Of a stretch of DNA of 44,985 bases, positions 13,201 through 27,400 are shown in pieces (position 1 is the first letter of the stretch; each line of letters opens with the position of its first letter). The notes below the pieces were generated by a model. It ran no database searches, was not told where the DNA came from, and saw only the letters and a list, made by a program, of their open reading frames with translations. The DNA comes from Bipalium vagum. Lineage: Eukaryota. A program made the translations under genes and the position numbers. The stretch is taken from positions 1 through 44,985 of the forward strand of contig JBBMKC010218352.1 of assembly GCA_037834085.1 (NCBI GenBank). Reading direction: 5' to 3'.

Positions 13201-16200
13201 AATTACACTTAAAATTTTTGACTTCATTATGTTAATAAAGTCAAAAATCAATTATGGATAACTTTGTTTGAAGATATTGGAAAAAGAATTTTTAATATCT
13301 TCAATCGAGTTATTNNNNNNNNNNNNNNNNNNNNNNNNNNNNNNNNNNNNNNNNNNNNNNNNNNNNNNNNNNNNNNNNNNNNNNNNNNNNNNNNNNNNNN
13401 NNNNNNNNNNNNNNNNNNNNNNNNNNNNNNNNNNNNNNNNNNNNNNNNNNNNNNNNNNNNNNNNTAATAAAAATAATTTTAAAAGTTAATTTTTTCTTGA
13501 ATCCTTTTTCCAATATCAATTTAAAATTAAGCAAATTTATTTATTTAATTATTTGATAACTTTGTTGGTCATGTCAGAAATAAAACATAAAATTAATAAT
13601 GAGAGGGAGAGAAATTTTTTCTTACCATTTCACAATTTTTGAGATATTTATTTATTTTTATTTTATTTTATTATCTGACTTATTTTATTTTTAATGAACA
13701 TATCTTAGCTCCTCTTTAAAGAGTTTCTTGTTTTATAATAAACAGTTTTTTCGTTATATCTTGGAATTTTAATTCAGCCTCGTACGGAACTGGTGGAACA
13801 AGTGAATGAGTTTATGACAACTCATAACGGATCCATGGAGGTTGTCTATTTAATCAGTTTGTCTGATTTTGGCGGAAAAGTAAGCTGAAAATTTTGTTTA
13901 GCGTTTTCAAATCAAATAGCTTCTGTTTTTAGAGCTCATTGTTTATTTAGAAAGATCACCTCTTATAGATTTCTGCAATTGTTAAGACTGTTAAACGAAA
14001 TAATTGAATTATTCTAATGTTGTCAAAGTATTAGACATAATATATTATTAATTTTGAGTGATTAATCAATGTCGATTAACGACTGAATCACTTTATAGAG
14101 ACAAAAGTTACAAGCATAGAAGGTTTAGATCTATTGATTGATAAATATTATGAACTTAAAATTTCTGATGAGTTGATTATATATTTTTATATTATTATTA
14201 TTTTTATTATTATTATTTTTAGTATAAATAATATTATTATCATAATCAGTATTGTTTATATTTTTATAAATAAATATTGTTTTCTTTTTATTTATAATTT
14301 TTACATTTTACTTTTAACTTTAATTTTAATATTATTAATATTTAAATTATTATTATTATTGATAGTAATATTATTATTGTTAACTATTAGTATTAGTATT
14401 ATTATCTTAATCATTATATATATATATATATTTTTTTTCATAATAAAACAATAATTCACATAAGCGTACAATGCGATAGAAAATATCAATTATTTCTGAT
14501 TTTCGAATATAAATATTCTGGTGCATCATGAGACTATCATTTTTCATTGCAATGTGATATTGGTAGCTTAAATCATAAAGTGGTGTAAATAATGTCGGAT
14601 CGACATTTTGACCTGAACTCATTCTAAATCGGACTAGATTTACAGAATATAGAACGCAGCGGTATTTCGAATTAAATTTTATTATTTGTTGAGACGCACA
14701 AGATTTCGAGACTGACGACAAAATAGGATAAAAGATAAATTCGGAAGAAAATGAGACTTAAATTTCAAAACTGATTATATATATGATTTTATCTGTAACG
14801 ATCGGATCACGATTATTGGTTTTTCTCCGATCTTAATTAAAAAAAATTGAGATTATTTTTATATGATCTCAAGTTAGGGTATTCGTAATTTACGTTTCTG
14901 TAATATCTTATTTCTTTTAGTGATTATTTCATTAAATTCGATATTTTTTTGTTCGAAATAAAAATGTAGAAATAATGGAAAATAAGAACGATTATTTCGG
15001 TATTATTCCATTACAAAAATTGATTGTTTTATTCATATTATTTTATATTTTATGTATTAATTATTTTAAAAAATAAATTTTATTAATTCTTGTCAGAAAG
15101 AACCTGATTTTATTAGACTTCATTTAGACGATTGATTTTATTTAAAGGTTCGTGAAAATAATAATTTAATTATAAGATTTCTGGCAACGGTTAACGCATT
15201 TTTGGTACTTAACGAAATTCTCAGATCTGATTGAAATTAAAATAAAGCAGCAGCGCTGTACAATTTAAACGGATATTTTATTTAATATAACTCACATGTT
15301 TCATTTATTAAATAATTATGAAAATAACATAATTCAATGAACACGGAATTTATTTTACTAACATTCATCCTTTAGACCCAATTTACAATGTACCACCATA
15401 AATCACTCTTCATATACCAGCTTCGGTACAGAATACTGTTTTCCACCGAATTTCGTCCAAACTTTTTTGATCTGAACCAACTTTACATAAATCTAACAAC
15501 GTAACATGGATCTTGTGAAGTAGAAAATTAATTTTTATACACAAAATCACTCTGTTTATGATTGAGGATTGGCTTTTCATATTGGCTGTGAATTGATACA
15601 GTAGGGTTCTAAAAAGCTAAGGCTTTAAAGAAAAAAGGAATATTTATAGATGAACTAAATGCAAAGGAGGATTCAAATATATGAAAAGGAGTCTCACACG
15701 ACACAAAAGGAAGCACCATATACGAATTTCATGAATTATTAAGGTCCAGCATTCAAAATAAATATTGAAATTGACAGTAAACGTTTTATTTGAAAAAGAT
15801 TCATTACTCTAGACTAATGATAATATTGGAAAATATCAGAGGTAAACATTACATAAAAGATCATACTCATTTCATGAGCATATTTGTACTATGACTATGG
15901 GTTTAGAATTAATGTCTTAAGTTTTTATTTAAACAATTTCGAAATTTAATATTTTATTATTGATTTATTTAAAAAATGTGTATTAAAAAAATATTAAAAA
16001 CAAGTTAAAAGTTCTTTTGAAATGTGATATTTACTTTTCTTTACAGAGAAATAATTATACACCCTAGAGATGTATTGTATTATTTTATTTTAATGTTAAA
16101 GATTTTAATNNNNNNNNNNNNNNNNNNNNNNNNNNNNNNNNNNNNNNNNNNNNNNNNNNNNNNNNNNNNNNNNNNNNNNNNNNNNNNNNNNNNNNNNNNN

Positions 16201-16834
16201 NNNNNNNNNNNNNNNNNNNNNNNNNNNNNNNNNNNNNNNNNNNNNNNNNNNNNNNNNNNNNNNNNNNNNNNNNNNNNNNNNNNNNNNNNNNNNTGGTTTT
16301 AAGATTAATCTTTATTTATTAATAAATGCTTCATCATTTATTCTCATTTTTTCAATGACTTCAGCAAGTTACTGATCTGTTTACAAAGGAAAACATTGCC
16401 CATATTGCCGTCGCTTCATTTGCCGATGTAAAATTTACAATAACTCAAATTGTAAACAGAATTCGGAAAAAGTAAATTATTAATTTGATTTTTGATCTTT
16501 TTTGACATTAAATATTCTTTACAATATGATCATCATATCTTCATTAATTGTCATAAATGTTTCTTATATATTATTATCTTTATTTTCAATAACTTTTTTC
16601 AAATTATATTTTTGATTAAAAGATATTTTGAAAGACAATTTCAATTTGTTATGTCAATATTTTTCTCTCTAGACAGTTTATTATTTATTTGGTAGTCAGA
16701 AAGTTTTTTGTACAATTAATAATAATAGTAAAAAATATTATTACTAATAATAAATAATAATGAAAACATAATAAATGTATTTCTCAATTACTTTTTCCTC
16801 GGTCTTGATACAATCGTTAATAATAATAAATTGA

Positions 16835-16865
<31 letters not shown>

Positions 16866-19800
16866 TTAATATTAATAATAATACTAGTAGTAGTAATGGA
16901 AATAATACAAAGATTAATAATAATTATAATTGAAATTTTAATTTTTTATCTGTGAGATTTGATAACGGAAACATCATTTCTTTGAATCTCATTCGTAACA
17001 GTTGTTTTGATGCTTTATGAAACATAAAACCATGTTAATAGTCTGATTGAGTATACCATTACATTAACAAAGAAAACGAAATATAAGGCACTGGAAAAAA
17101 TCATTTAAAACTCCTTTGTTTTTAAATGTCAATGAATTCTGCAACCGGAGAAGGTTTTCTGTTAATATTGCTAATAATTACTATCAGAATCAACTCATTC
17201 TTTCTATTTGATAATTCGTGTCTTTTATGTTTCATTTTTTTCTTAAATTTTTATGGTGACATTTATTATTATTATATGAACGATTAACAAATTTTAAGAA
17301 ATCAACAGCTGGTCTAAAATATATTAGGTATGTGAATTAATTCGGTCCATTCTTTAAAATACAAAAACGTTTATTATAAAAAAATAAATAACATGTACAC
17401 TAATCAAAGTATTTTCCATTGCTTGATATAGAAATGTCTGATTGGCAATTGCTGGGATCCCTGACCGATCCCTTACCGAAACTTTGAATATCATATTTTT
17501 AAATCTTGTAAGAAGGATGAATTTATGTATATCAGTTAATGGTAGTCATTTCGAACAATTGTTGTAAATGTTTTTAAATGATATAAAAATTAAAAGATTT
17601 GTCTTTAATTTTAAAAAGCATGCGATTAAATATCTCAATCTGCTTAAGAAATATTTAGGTTTACTTTCCGCGGGGACTTATGGGACACCCTGTACATTGT
17701 AATCCTTTAAGTTTTTTTTTCAATAATTTTTATCTTTTCATTTCATTAATCAATCTTATTTTTAATCTTGCTCAGATTTGTATTTTATAATTAATTAATT
17801 AATTAAATAAATGATTAATTTAAGTGAACCAGACGAGATGAACTTCATATTGGTTTTGATAATGAAGTTTTGTAAATAAAGAAAACTTAAATAATAACAG
17901 TACTATGGATAATGGAAGGATTTCTTAACGATTTATCAGCATAAGGGATTAGAATTTATTGATTTTCCGTCAAATAGGATTATTGGGGATTACACGGGAG
18001 AGCCCACTAGGAGTTATTGATGAGTTCCATTAATATTGGTTTCGTAAGGCTTTCGATATCTAATATCAAATTTATATTTGTTATTTGATTCTTTTGAACA
18101 ATACTATCGTTATTTTTATTTACTGATTTAACATATTTAATTATTAAAAAAGTAATAATTTTAAATCATTTAATTTTTATTATTCTTTTTTTACTGTCAT
18201 TCCAAATTCTTTCACTTTTTAAAATTATATAAATATATATTGTTGAATGGTTATAATTACTTGAAGTAATAAAAATTAATATTAACCAATTTTATTCTGG
18301 AAATTAGCAATAAAATAAAATCAAAAAGGTCAATATTTTTATTGCTTACATGGACCTAAATGATTTTTTCTGTTTTCTAAAAAAATAGAAGTCTGAGATA
18401 AATATTATAATAATTTGTGCATGTCTAATAATCTGCGGAATTGAGATGATACAGGTAGTAAATTTGATGTCTGTTATTGTCGTCTTAATATCGGAGTTGC
18501 ATAATTGTCTTATTTATGAATCTGAGAATGACTTATTTGATACAGTTGACATTCCATTTGACTGAACTCGTTTCCCGTGTAATAAAGTGTAATAAATTCT
18601 GATAAGAATTCCAGGAAACACACTACGTATTCTAAAGAGGGGGATGTACGTAAAAAATGAAACTGGGCTAAATTATTACTTTGTGGACACCTTTAGCAAC
18701 GCAGAAACATAAAAATATCCATCTCTTTCACATATCAATCTGTTTTATCATTCTAATCTTAGGAAAAATCAAAAAGTTCTAAATTCGTTGATAAAACCGC
18801 CCGCTTTAATTGTTTTCTTTTTTTGTTGATTTATCACATGTTCCCATTTATATCTAGAAACTTTATTTAGTTTATTTATTTAATTATGAAATTATGTTGC
18901 ATGGTTGTTTAATTTGATCATTTTTTTAAATTTATAATAGCTTCTTTTATTTTCTATTTCTTCAACCTTGGCACCAAATAATCTTTTCAAATATTTTATT
19001 CTTAAATTCTTATTTTTAAAATTTTTTATCTTCATTGATCTTCTCCAACGTCATCTAAGACATACCAAGTTTTCGATGACCAGATTTTTAAATGAAAATA
19101 ACCATTTTTTTAAAAATATAATGACCATATCAATTATTCTCCATCAATATTTATTCCCATAGACCAGATGTCATTAAAATTTGCTTACTGGGGGGTGACA
19201 GTCACCTTTCATCAGTACTACGGGTCTTTGTGGATCAAATGAATTTGAATTATTCTAAAGAAATTGTCAGTTGCTTTAGATTTTTTCTGATTCCAATTAC
19301 CGGTTTCTCCTTGTCAAGTACCAGCTCCATTTCTGCTAGTCCGTTCATAAGTCAAGGTTAGTAAAATGTCTTTTATGATTTTTGAATTTATATATTGATT
19401 TAATTTTCTCATGTTCTTGTAATATTGATTTATTAGTATTATCGTTTAGTTTTCACATTATTTTGGAGAATTCAAATTATCTATTTTCTACACATATTTC
19501 TGAAAGGAACGATTTCATCTTCTACTGTTCGTGTATTCTTTTCAGAACTAATTACAGCTCTAAATGTAGACATTGATCATATATTTATGTGAGATATTGT
19601 CTAAAATGATTACCATGTCAAATCTTTTCTAATTTTCGATTTTTTCCAATAAAAGATATAAATATTTTAATCTGTTGAAATCGATTAAATTTGATCAGAT
19701 TAATAAATGAATTTTATCTTGATGTCATAGAATGCCGGTTATACATATGTGTTGTATATGTTAATGTATAAAATTGAAAAGTGTAACCAATTCATTTTCT

Positions 19801-21415
19801 AATTGTAAAATCATTCCGTTGAAAATATCCAATATTTATATCAATAATGCACGTCAAGTGGTAATTTAAAATCTCATTCATGAAAAATGAATACAAACCG
19901 TTGGTTTCGCCGTCTATCTTTCTCTATTCTTATCACTGCTGAACTAAATTCAACTTAAGAAACTTCTTTCACTTGTAGAGACATAATATCACTAATTTTC
20001 CGATTTAGAATCAAAGATAAATATTGTCCGAAAACCACTAAATAAAATTCAACTTTTGCATTCCGTCATTGGTGTACATATGACATTGTCTTATCAATAA
20101 TTTAGTCAAAAAATAAAATATTACTGGAATACATATATACAACTTGATAATGAAATTTTGCCCCACACAGACTACTCACCACACCTCTCGCCTACCGATT
20201 ATTATTTATTCAAACATTTTGGCAGGTTCTTCATCGAGAGAACCTTTTTCAATGAAGATGATTAATTAAAGTCTTTGAAAATTTTGTACCGTCTACAGCT
20301 CAAGATTTGTATCGACTCGGGATAAATACACTTGTGACTCATTTGCAGAAATGTGTGCAGTGTAATGATTTCTATTTTGTGAGAGCTGTGATTTGTTCAT
20401 TTGAATTTTAATGTTAAAAACATCCATGATTTCTTTACAACCTATTATTATAAACATATAAATTGTGTTTATAAGCTGTGTTTCTTGTTTATAAATGAAT
20501 ATTAAAAAATCGGGATGCTATCTTTATAAAAATTTATTGACTTCGTATCGAACAATTCCTGGATGGCAATATTTACAGTTTCATAAGAAACAAACTTCTT
20601 CACGACCATGGAATATTGCATTGCCTGAAACAGATGATAGTCAGTAGATGCAAAGTCCGGATTTTGAGAAGGATGAAATAAAAGTTCCAAGCTAAAGTCG
20701 TTAATTTTTTGGGACCTTTCTTTACCATATACAGTTGGGTATTACCTTGAATCAATACTTCAATTTCCGTTTTTAAAAATCTCACATTACACATTCACAA
20801 TTTTTGTTTTATCAGATTGCAGTATCCTCTTAGTTGACTATCTAATACTCAACATTATCCTTTCCAATTAATATTTGGTTTTATGGTGATTGTATGTCTT
20901 TGGAAGGTTTAAACCATTGCATTTACGAGTGCAGTTGTCGTATGTAGCCCATTTCTTGTAACCAGTTTTCGGAAGATTCAGGAAGTGTTTCCGTGTACTG
21001 AAATAAGTATTTTGCCAATTGAAAGACTTTTCATTTATTACAATTAGTAATTTTATAACCTATCTTTATTTCTATCTTGTTCTCTTTATCAATCTTCTTT
21101 AAATATCAGCGAATTATTTCCACATTGATTTTTAATTATGTAATTATTAACTCATTCACTGGAATTTTTTTATCAATCTTTTGCAATCATATTTTGACTA
21201 CCTATACTTATCTTTAGAAAATCTTTGTACCTTAAAATTTTTGATTTAGACTTTTAAATATGAGAAAAAAGGTAATAAAAAATTGTAACATACAAATTAT
21301 ATTCTTCAATTTTTACTTGACTGTTACTTATATTTGTCAAGCATTTCAATTTTATAATTGTGGTTAAGTGTAGCACTCATTATCACAATATTGACCTTCA
21401 CTTATAATTTTACAT

Positions 21416-21449
<34 letters not shown>

Positions 21450-24400
21450 AATTTACGTGAATTAAAGGAACCACAATAAATAACTGTATGGCTCGAAGAC
21501 TTTGTTCAATTGATTCTAAATATGCTTCTCTTTTTGCTGAATTTATTCAGCTGGAAAATATTTCATCTTCATATTCAATTGTGGAGCGAAATAATAAATT
21601 TCTGTTTGGGGTCCATGATTATCTCCAAGCCAGTGGGACTTTACAATGTCCTATTGGTGATTGTCTGGTTGCATGTAGTGTGAAACAGCAAAATCTTACT
21701 CAAGGTAATTTCTGTCTATTTTTCTCACTTTTCCATGACTATAATAAATTTATAATAATGATAATAATAATAGTTTGTTGCAATTTTTTGTTATTTTTAT
21801 AAATTTCAAAATAAGTTTTTAAAACGATAAATTAAGAGTTTTTTAATATTTCCAAAGTTTTGGAACATTTAAACCATTTGCAAAAATTTATTTCTGAGTT
21901 TTTTGACTTTAATTTTATAGAAAAAAATGTTAATTTTATGGAATATTGAATATCTGGAGATTAAGAGTGACGAAGATGAGAATTGTAAGCGAACAATTTT
22001 TTTACTTTTAAATCTTCAATGTGGATGTTATATGTCAGATTTCAAAATCATTCCGTTTTGAAAGGTCACAGTACTTTTTTGTCATCGGAATCTTATCGCA
22101 AAATTGATTAAAATAGTGTAATAAGTATTTCTCTGACAACTTTAAGGGGTTCCTTTCTGATCCAAAAAATTAGATGGGATCCTTTAATATTCATATTCAT
22201 TATTTTTTCAGACAGAATTGTTGAAAATATGATTCATTTCTTCTTCAATGAATAAATGTGGTATGAATTTTCCATATTTTTTGAAGTTCTTTTTGTCTCT
22301 CGCTCATTCTTTCTTTAATCTTTGTAAAAAAGTGATTTTTCTGAATTATGATCCTACACTCAAATCGAAATATCCTTTATTAAAATAATATTAGGTACCG
22401 GAATACTTAATGTCGTTTTTTTAATTCACTTTAATTATGACTATTTTCTATTATAAATAAATAAATAAATAATCTTGCTTGATTATTAAACATTGGCATG
22501 TTCTAAAATGATTTCATTTAAAATTGTTAATTATATCATTTGTATCTTTGTATATTTGTATCCGGGTTCTTTGAGAAAGGGATTTTTTCTCTTATAGATG
22601 GGAAACAGTTGTTAAATCAATTGGTGATTATATTTTTTTTATTTGTTTGTTCTTGAATAAAAACATTGTTCATTTAAAACTCTTGATGAAAAAACGAAAT
22701 TAAGTATTCTGGTACCTAATAATTGAAAAGAACCCTAAGTAATTTGAAAATCAACAATATATTGCCTTAGTGTTCTACATTTATGAAACAAATGTACATC
22801 TACCAGATCTTTCAAATAGAATTTGTTTACTTTCATAATAAAAATGCAAATGTTGACAAAAAATAAATAAAAGTCCAAAAGCCAATTAATTGATATTGTA
22901 CAAGGTTTGAGAAACTGCACAAAAATATTGAAATTATTATACAAACCAAATGAAAATAAATAATATAATATTATTCTCTTTGATTATTTTAAATAAAAAG
23001 ATGTCATTTTTAAACATATTTTAATCTTAATTAATTTTCGATAATTATAAAGAAGGGGCGGTTTTGAAATTTTCTTTTTGTTAACCATTATTGGAACGCG
23101 AATTCCGTTGAACATATTTTCTTTATTAATGAAAAATTCAGCATTTTTTCATTTTTCATTGCGAATTCAGAAATTTTCATGCCTAATTAACGATCGCGAA
23201 CGTGATCAATGAATTTTCCCATTAAATATACCGGAAACAAATTTTATTGATTGATCACTTTATAGTTCAATAATGATCTACAATTTCTCATACATGCTTT
23301 ATGGTTGCCTTAAAAAGATACGGTCGGCCACATTGTGTGAAGAATGTCAACTGTGTAAAAAATCAAAAACACCATACAATGACTGAAGCTGAAAAATTAA
23401 TTAAATAAATATAAAGAAGTTAAAATCCAGATATTAAAGAGATGCATGTTATGGAAAATGTGGTTGGTTAGGTAAGACCACCTGAGTGCTTCCGTTTCCT
23501 TGACCAATTTTGCCTTGTGAGATCGAACGCCATATTTGTAAAAAAATCAACCATGTCCGCTCATCATCCTTCTTTGTTTTCAGTAGCAATTATTGTCGAC
23601 CGTTTCACTTTCTCGTCAGTGTAAGTTCTTGATAACGTCATTTTTACAGTCCTAAATAAACATTATTCTGGTTAAGCCTACGATTTTTGCGTTTAAGATT
23701 CACATCCTGTAATGAAACTCTGTAGAAACCGTGTGATATTAATTTGTGATATTTCTGCTTGTTTTACTGAATGTAATTATTCATTAATACTACAAATTAC
23801 ACGACAAATTTGTAAAATGCTTTAAGAAACCTGTAAAAGTAAGCAATAATTTATGATGTCATCAAATCATTATTTCACAAACTTTTTTATTGATATTGAT
23901 ATTATTGTTATTATTAATTATATTGTTCTTTTTATAATATTGAACTCAATTTCAATGAGTACCTTGTAATAACCATTTGTAAATACTTTTTTCTACTGTA
24001 TTTGTGTCAACATATTTTGAAGAAAGATTTTTTCAAACAAGTTCATTCTTAGGTTAAAGTTCTTTAAACGTTAATGTTTTTTAAATGTAACAAAAGAATT
24101 TTAGAAATGAAATCGAAGTAAAAACAATCATCATAAAACTACGATTTCCTAGAAAATTTCGTCTTGATTTAATGAATGTTTTGAATGTTTCTTCAAATGA
24201 TTTTTACAAGTTTGAATGATTTTAATAATTTTGGACGAGAGATATTTTTCCACTTGATGCGACGTCGTTGTATATGATAATTTGTAAATTGATGCTGCTG
24301 CCGCTTCTGTTGCACATGCGTATATTTACGTTTTCGACCCACAGATATATTGACAGAAATTTGATGCAACGGTGATAATGGCGGCGGCGGCGGTGGTGGT

Positions 24401-27400
24401 GGTGAATGAAATGGATCTTTTTAATTGACAACACATACTCTCACATGCACACACACATATTTCAATTTACACACATCGCTTCATTTTCACAATCATCAAA
24501 TGGAATCATGGCATTTCTTCGATTCAGACTGTGAATCCAGCACTGAATCGTTTATTCCCTTCGTATGCGAAGTCAGACTGGGAGAAACGACGGATATCGT
24601 TTTCAACAAGACAGAAGGGAGCATGGACGATCAATGGCTGAACAGCACAAGCAGCTCTCCACCTCGCAGTCCAATCATTGGGAACGTTGAGACAAATATT
24701 AAGTGGGCACTTTTTTCTGTAATTTTCTTAAAAAAATGATTGTTTAAGTTTTATTGAGAAAATCTCTTATTTTTCATTTTTAAAGTCATTGATTTTGCAT
24801 TTTAATACGTATTGATTTTTACTTAAAGATTTTATAGTGAAATGAGGATATAATACATAATTGGTGTCTGTTAATGTTTTGAATGTTTTGATTTTCGTGT
24901 TTATGTAGAAAAATTATTGATCTTTGTTAACCTTAGGTACGGAATTTGAAAACAGAAAAAATTTTGATGTGATTTTAATAAAATTAAAATTTTTAGATAG
25001 TTGAAACGAAAGAAGTTGAATTAAGTCAAAGACAAATAATTTCTGACTAATTTTGTTTTTTATCTAAATAATGAATTTAATTTATTAAAATTAATTCAAT
25101 CCATTTTGTTGTATCTAATAATAATTATTATAATAATTAATATGAGTAAAATTTATCTTTTAGGCATAACTTATAATAACAGTAATCGATTGTTAATTAT
25201 ATTATTTTCCTTTTAATATTGATTTTTGTTTTATTATTAACCAATGAAGTTTAATAATTAAGAATTACATTATTATTATTTTTTATTATTATAGTTATCA
25301 TTATCATTATTAAAGGTCTTATCGACATACTATTTTAAATTCAGACTTAAATCATTAATTACAAATATTAACATCAAGAGGTTTATATGGACAACAGAAA
25401 TTTTATTATTTTTCAATCGTAGAGTATAATACAATGAGATTTTCAATTGTTGATTTTTTAAAACTATTGATTTAATGTAAATATAAATGTAATTATTAAA
25501 TTATTGATTTAATTCTAATTATATAAAAATATACTTTATTTAATATTTAAAATGAAGTTGTTATTATTATTAAATCTTAAATAATTAATTCAATTTTAAT
25601 AAAATTGTATTATAAAAACTTACAATATCATATATTTTTATTTTTAAATTAGAATTTACCGTCTAATAACATGTTCAAGTTTATTCAATGACTTCGTTAT
25701 GAATCTGGATGTGATATCATTATTTTTAATTGTAATTTTTAAGAAACTTTGATCATGTTTATATTGATTTTATTTTATTTTACTTGAAAAAATCAATTTT
25801 AAATATATTCAAGCTCTACGATTGAACAGAATAACTTATTTGGTTTTTAATTAATTTTTAATATTAACACTTACGTATATTTTCTTGATCAATTAAAATA
25901 TTATTTCGAAGTCTATAAACCTAATATACTTTTATCAATATCAAAATCATATACTTCATCACTTGTACCCTGAAATTTAAAAAGAAATCTTAATTGAAAT
26001 GAAATAAATTTTTGATTCATTTTCGGGCCAGATACAATTTTTAATTCTATTCAAGTGATCATTTATTATATCGAAAAATCAATATTTTACTCATTCATTT
26101 TTAATAAAAAAGATTTTTCTGCAATTGAAAATTACTTTATGTAAAACAAAATCGTTTATTTTTGATTGATGCTAACAGGGGTCCGTTTGTTATAACATCT
26201 CCGGTCAGTATTAGTACGACAATGCCATTTAATGCAAATATGCAGAACGTAGTGGCGTCGACTCAGCCAAATAATCAGTCATCATATGCCATCGTCCCAG
26301 CCAATGACACGTCTTTAGAACTACAATTGGAGTATTGGACTGATCATTCAGCAAAAAAGGTTTCTCTCAAATCCGCATTTCGCCAAATTCTAGTCAGTCC
26401 GATAATATCAACTAATTTTGGTCTCAATACACAACATCTGTTGTCCCTAACCATTATCAGTCGTGAAAAGAAGCAGAAAAGTAAACATTTTTCTAATTCA
26501 CTTCTTGTAAATTTCTAATAATAATAATAAAAAATAATAATAATAAAAAAAACTAATATTAAGTCATGAGAATCGCTAAGAAAACTAAACACGATGCCGG
26601 GGATTCCAAAAAGGAGACTTTTGAAGATGTGAATCGAATACTTTGTACAAGTAAAAGTCAAAATTCAGCAATAAGAGGTTGGTAACATAATCATTTATTA
26701 TTATTAAAAATATACCTGCTTTTAATAAAAAAAATTTTAACTTATTTTTCGGTTTGGAGTAATTCAATTTTATTGATTTTTATATTTACTATTTATTGGA
26801 ATTATAATTTCTACAAGAATTCTACAAGAAAAAAATGTGAAAGAATTATTTGTTTTATTGATTTAATATGTCGGGAAATGTTTTGTCTCCATTTTAATAT
26901 TAATATTATTTTTATATCACTATTAGTGGTAGTCACTCAGAAATCAATTATTAATTTAATTTAGAAATATTAAATTTCAAATGAAAATTTTAGTCGAAAC
27001 ACACAAAAGTAATAATGTTTCTACAAAGTCATGTACATAAAAATTAATATATATGAACAAATAAATAAAGTTTTCAATATATAAGTAAAAATCGATCTGT
27101 GCACATCCAAATGTATTGCTCAATAATTATTCATTAAAATGTATAAAAAATCAATATTATTTTATTGATATATCACACGCAATTAAAACTAAATGAAATG
27201 AATTAATGAAATATTGAAAATTTCAATTCTTTTGGCCAAAATTTTTCTTTTTTAAGACCAAAAATATAATTTACAAATATACTTTGACAATCGAAAACGA
27301 GTTTTTTCCCAAAAAAATTTTTTCAAAGTTTTTCCAACTTGTAAGTCAATACAATTTGATTTTCATTTAAAGTTACCAATTTTTCGAAAAAAAATATTTA

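Noticed and set aside
13264-13534. ORFs containing X runs (also 16024-16302)
   Set aside because: Artefacts of N gaps.
14134-14454. 106-aa hydrophobic ORF (also 7471-7830, 10797-11225, 29692-29910, 44603-44809)
   Set aside because: Translation of ATT/TTA/AAT low-complexity DNA, with no credible gene structure or homology.
15600-15900. Gypsy integrase C-terminal fragment
   Set aside because: HTTQKEAPY and GP similarity is too short to support a call.
23290-23830. piggyBac remnant
   Set aside because: Only a vague resemblance to the YNxxKGGVD motif and a Cys-rich patch; no TTAA-flanked TIRs found.
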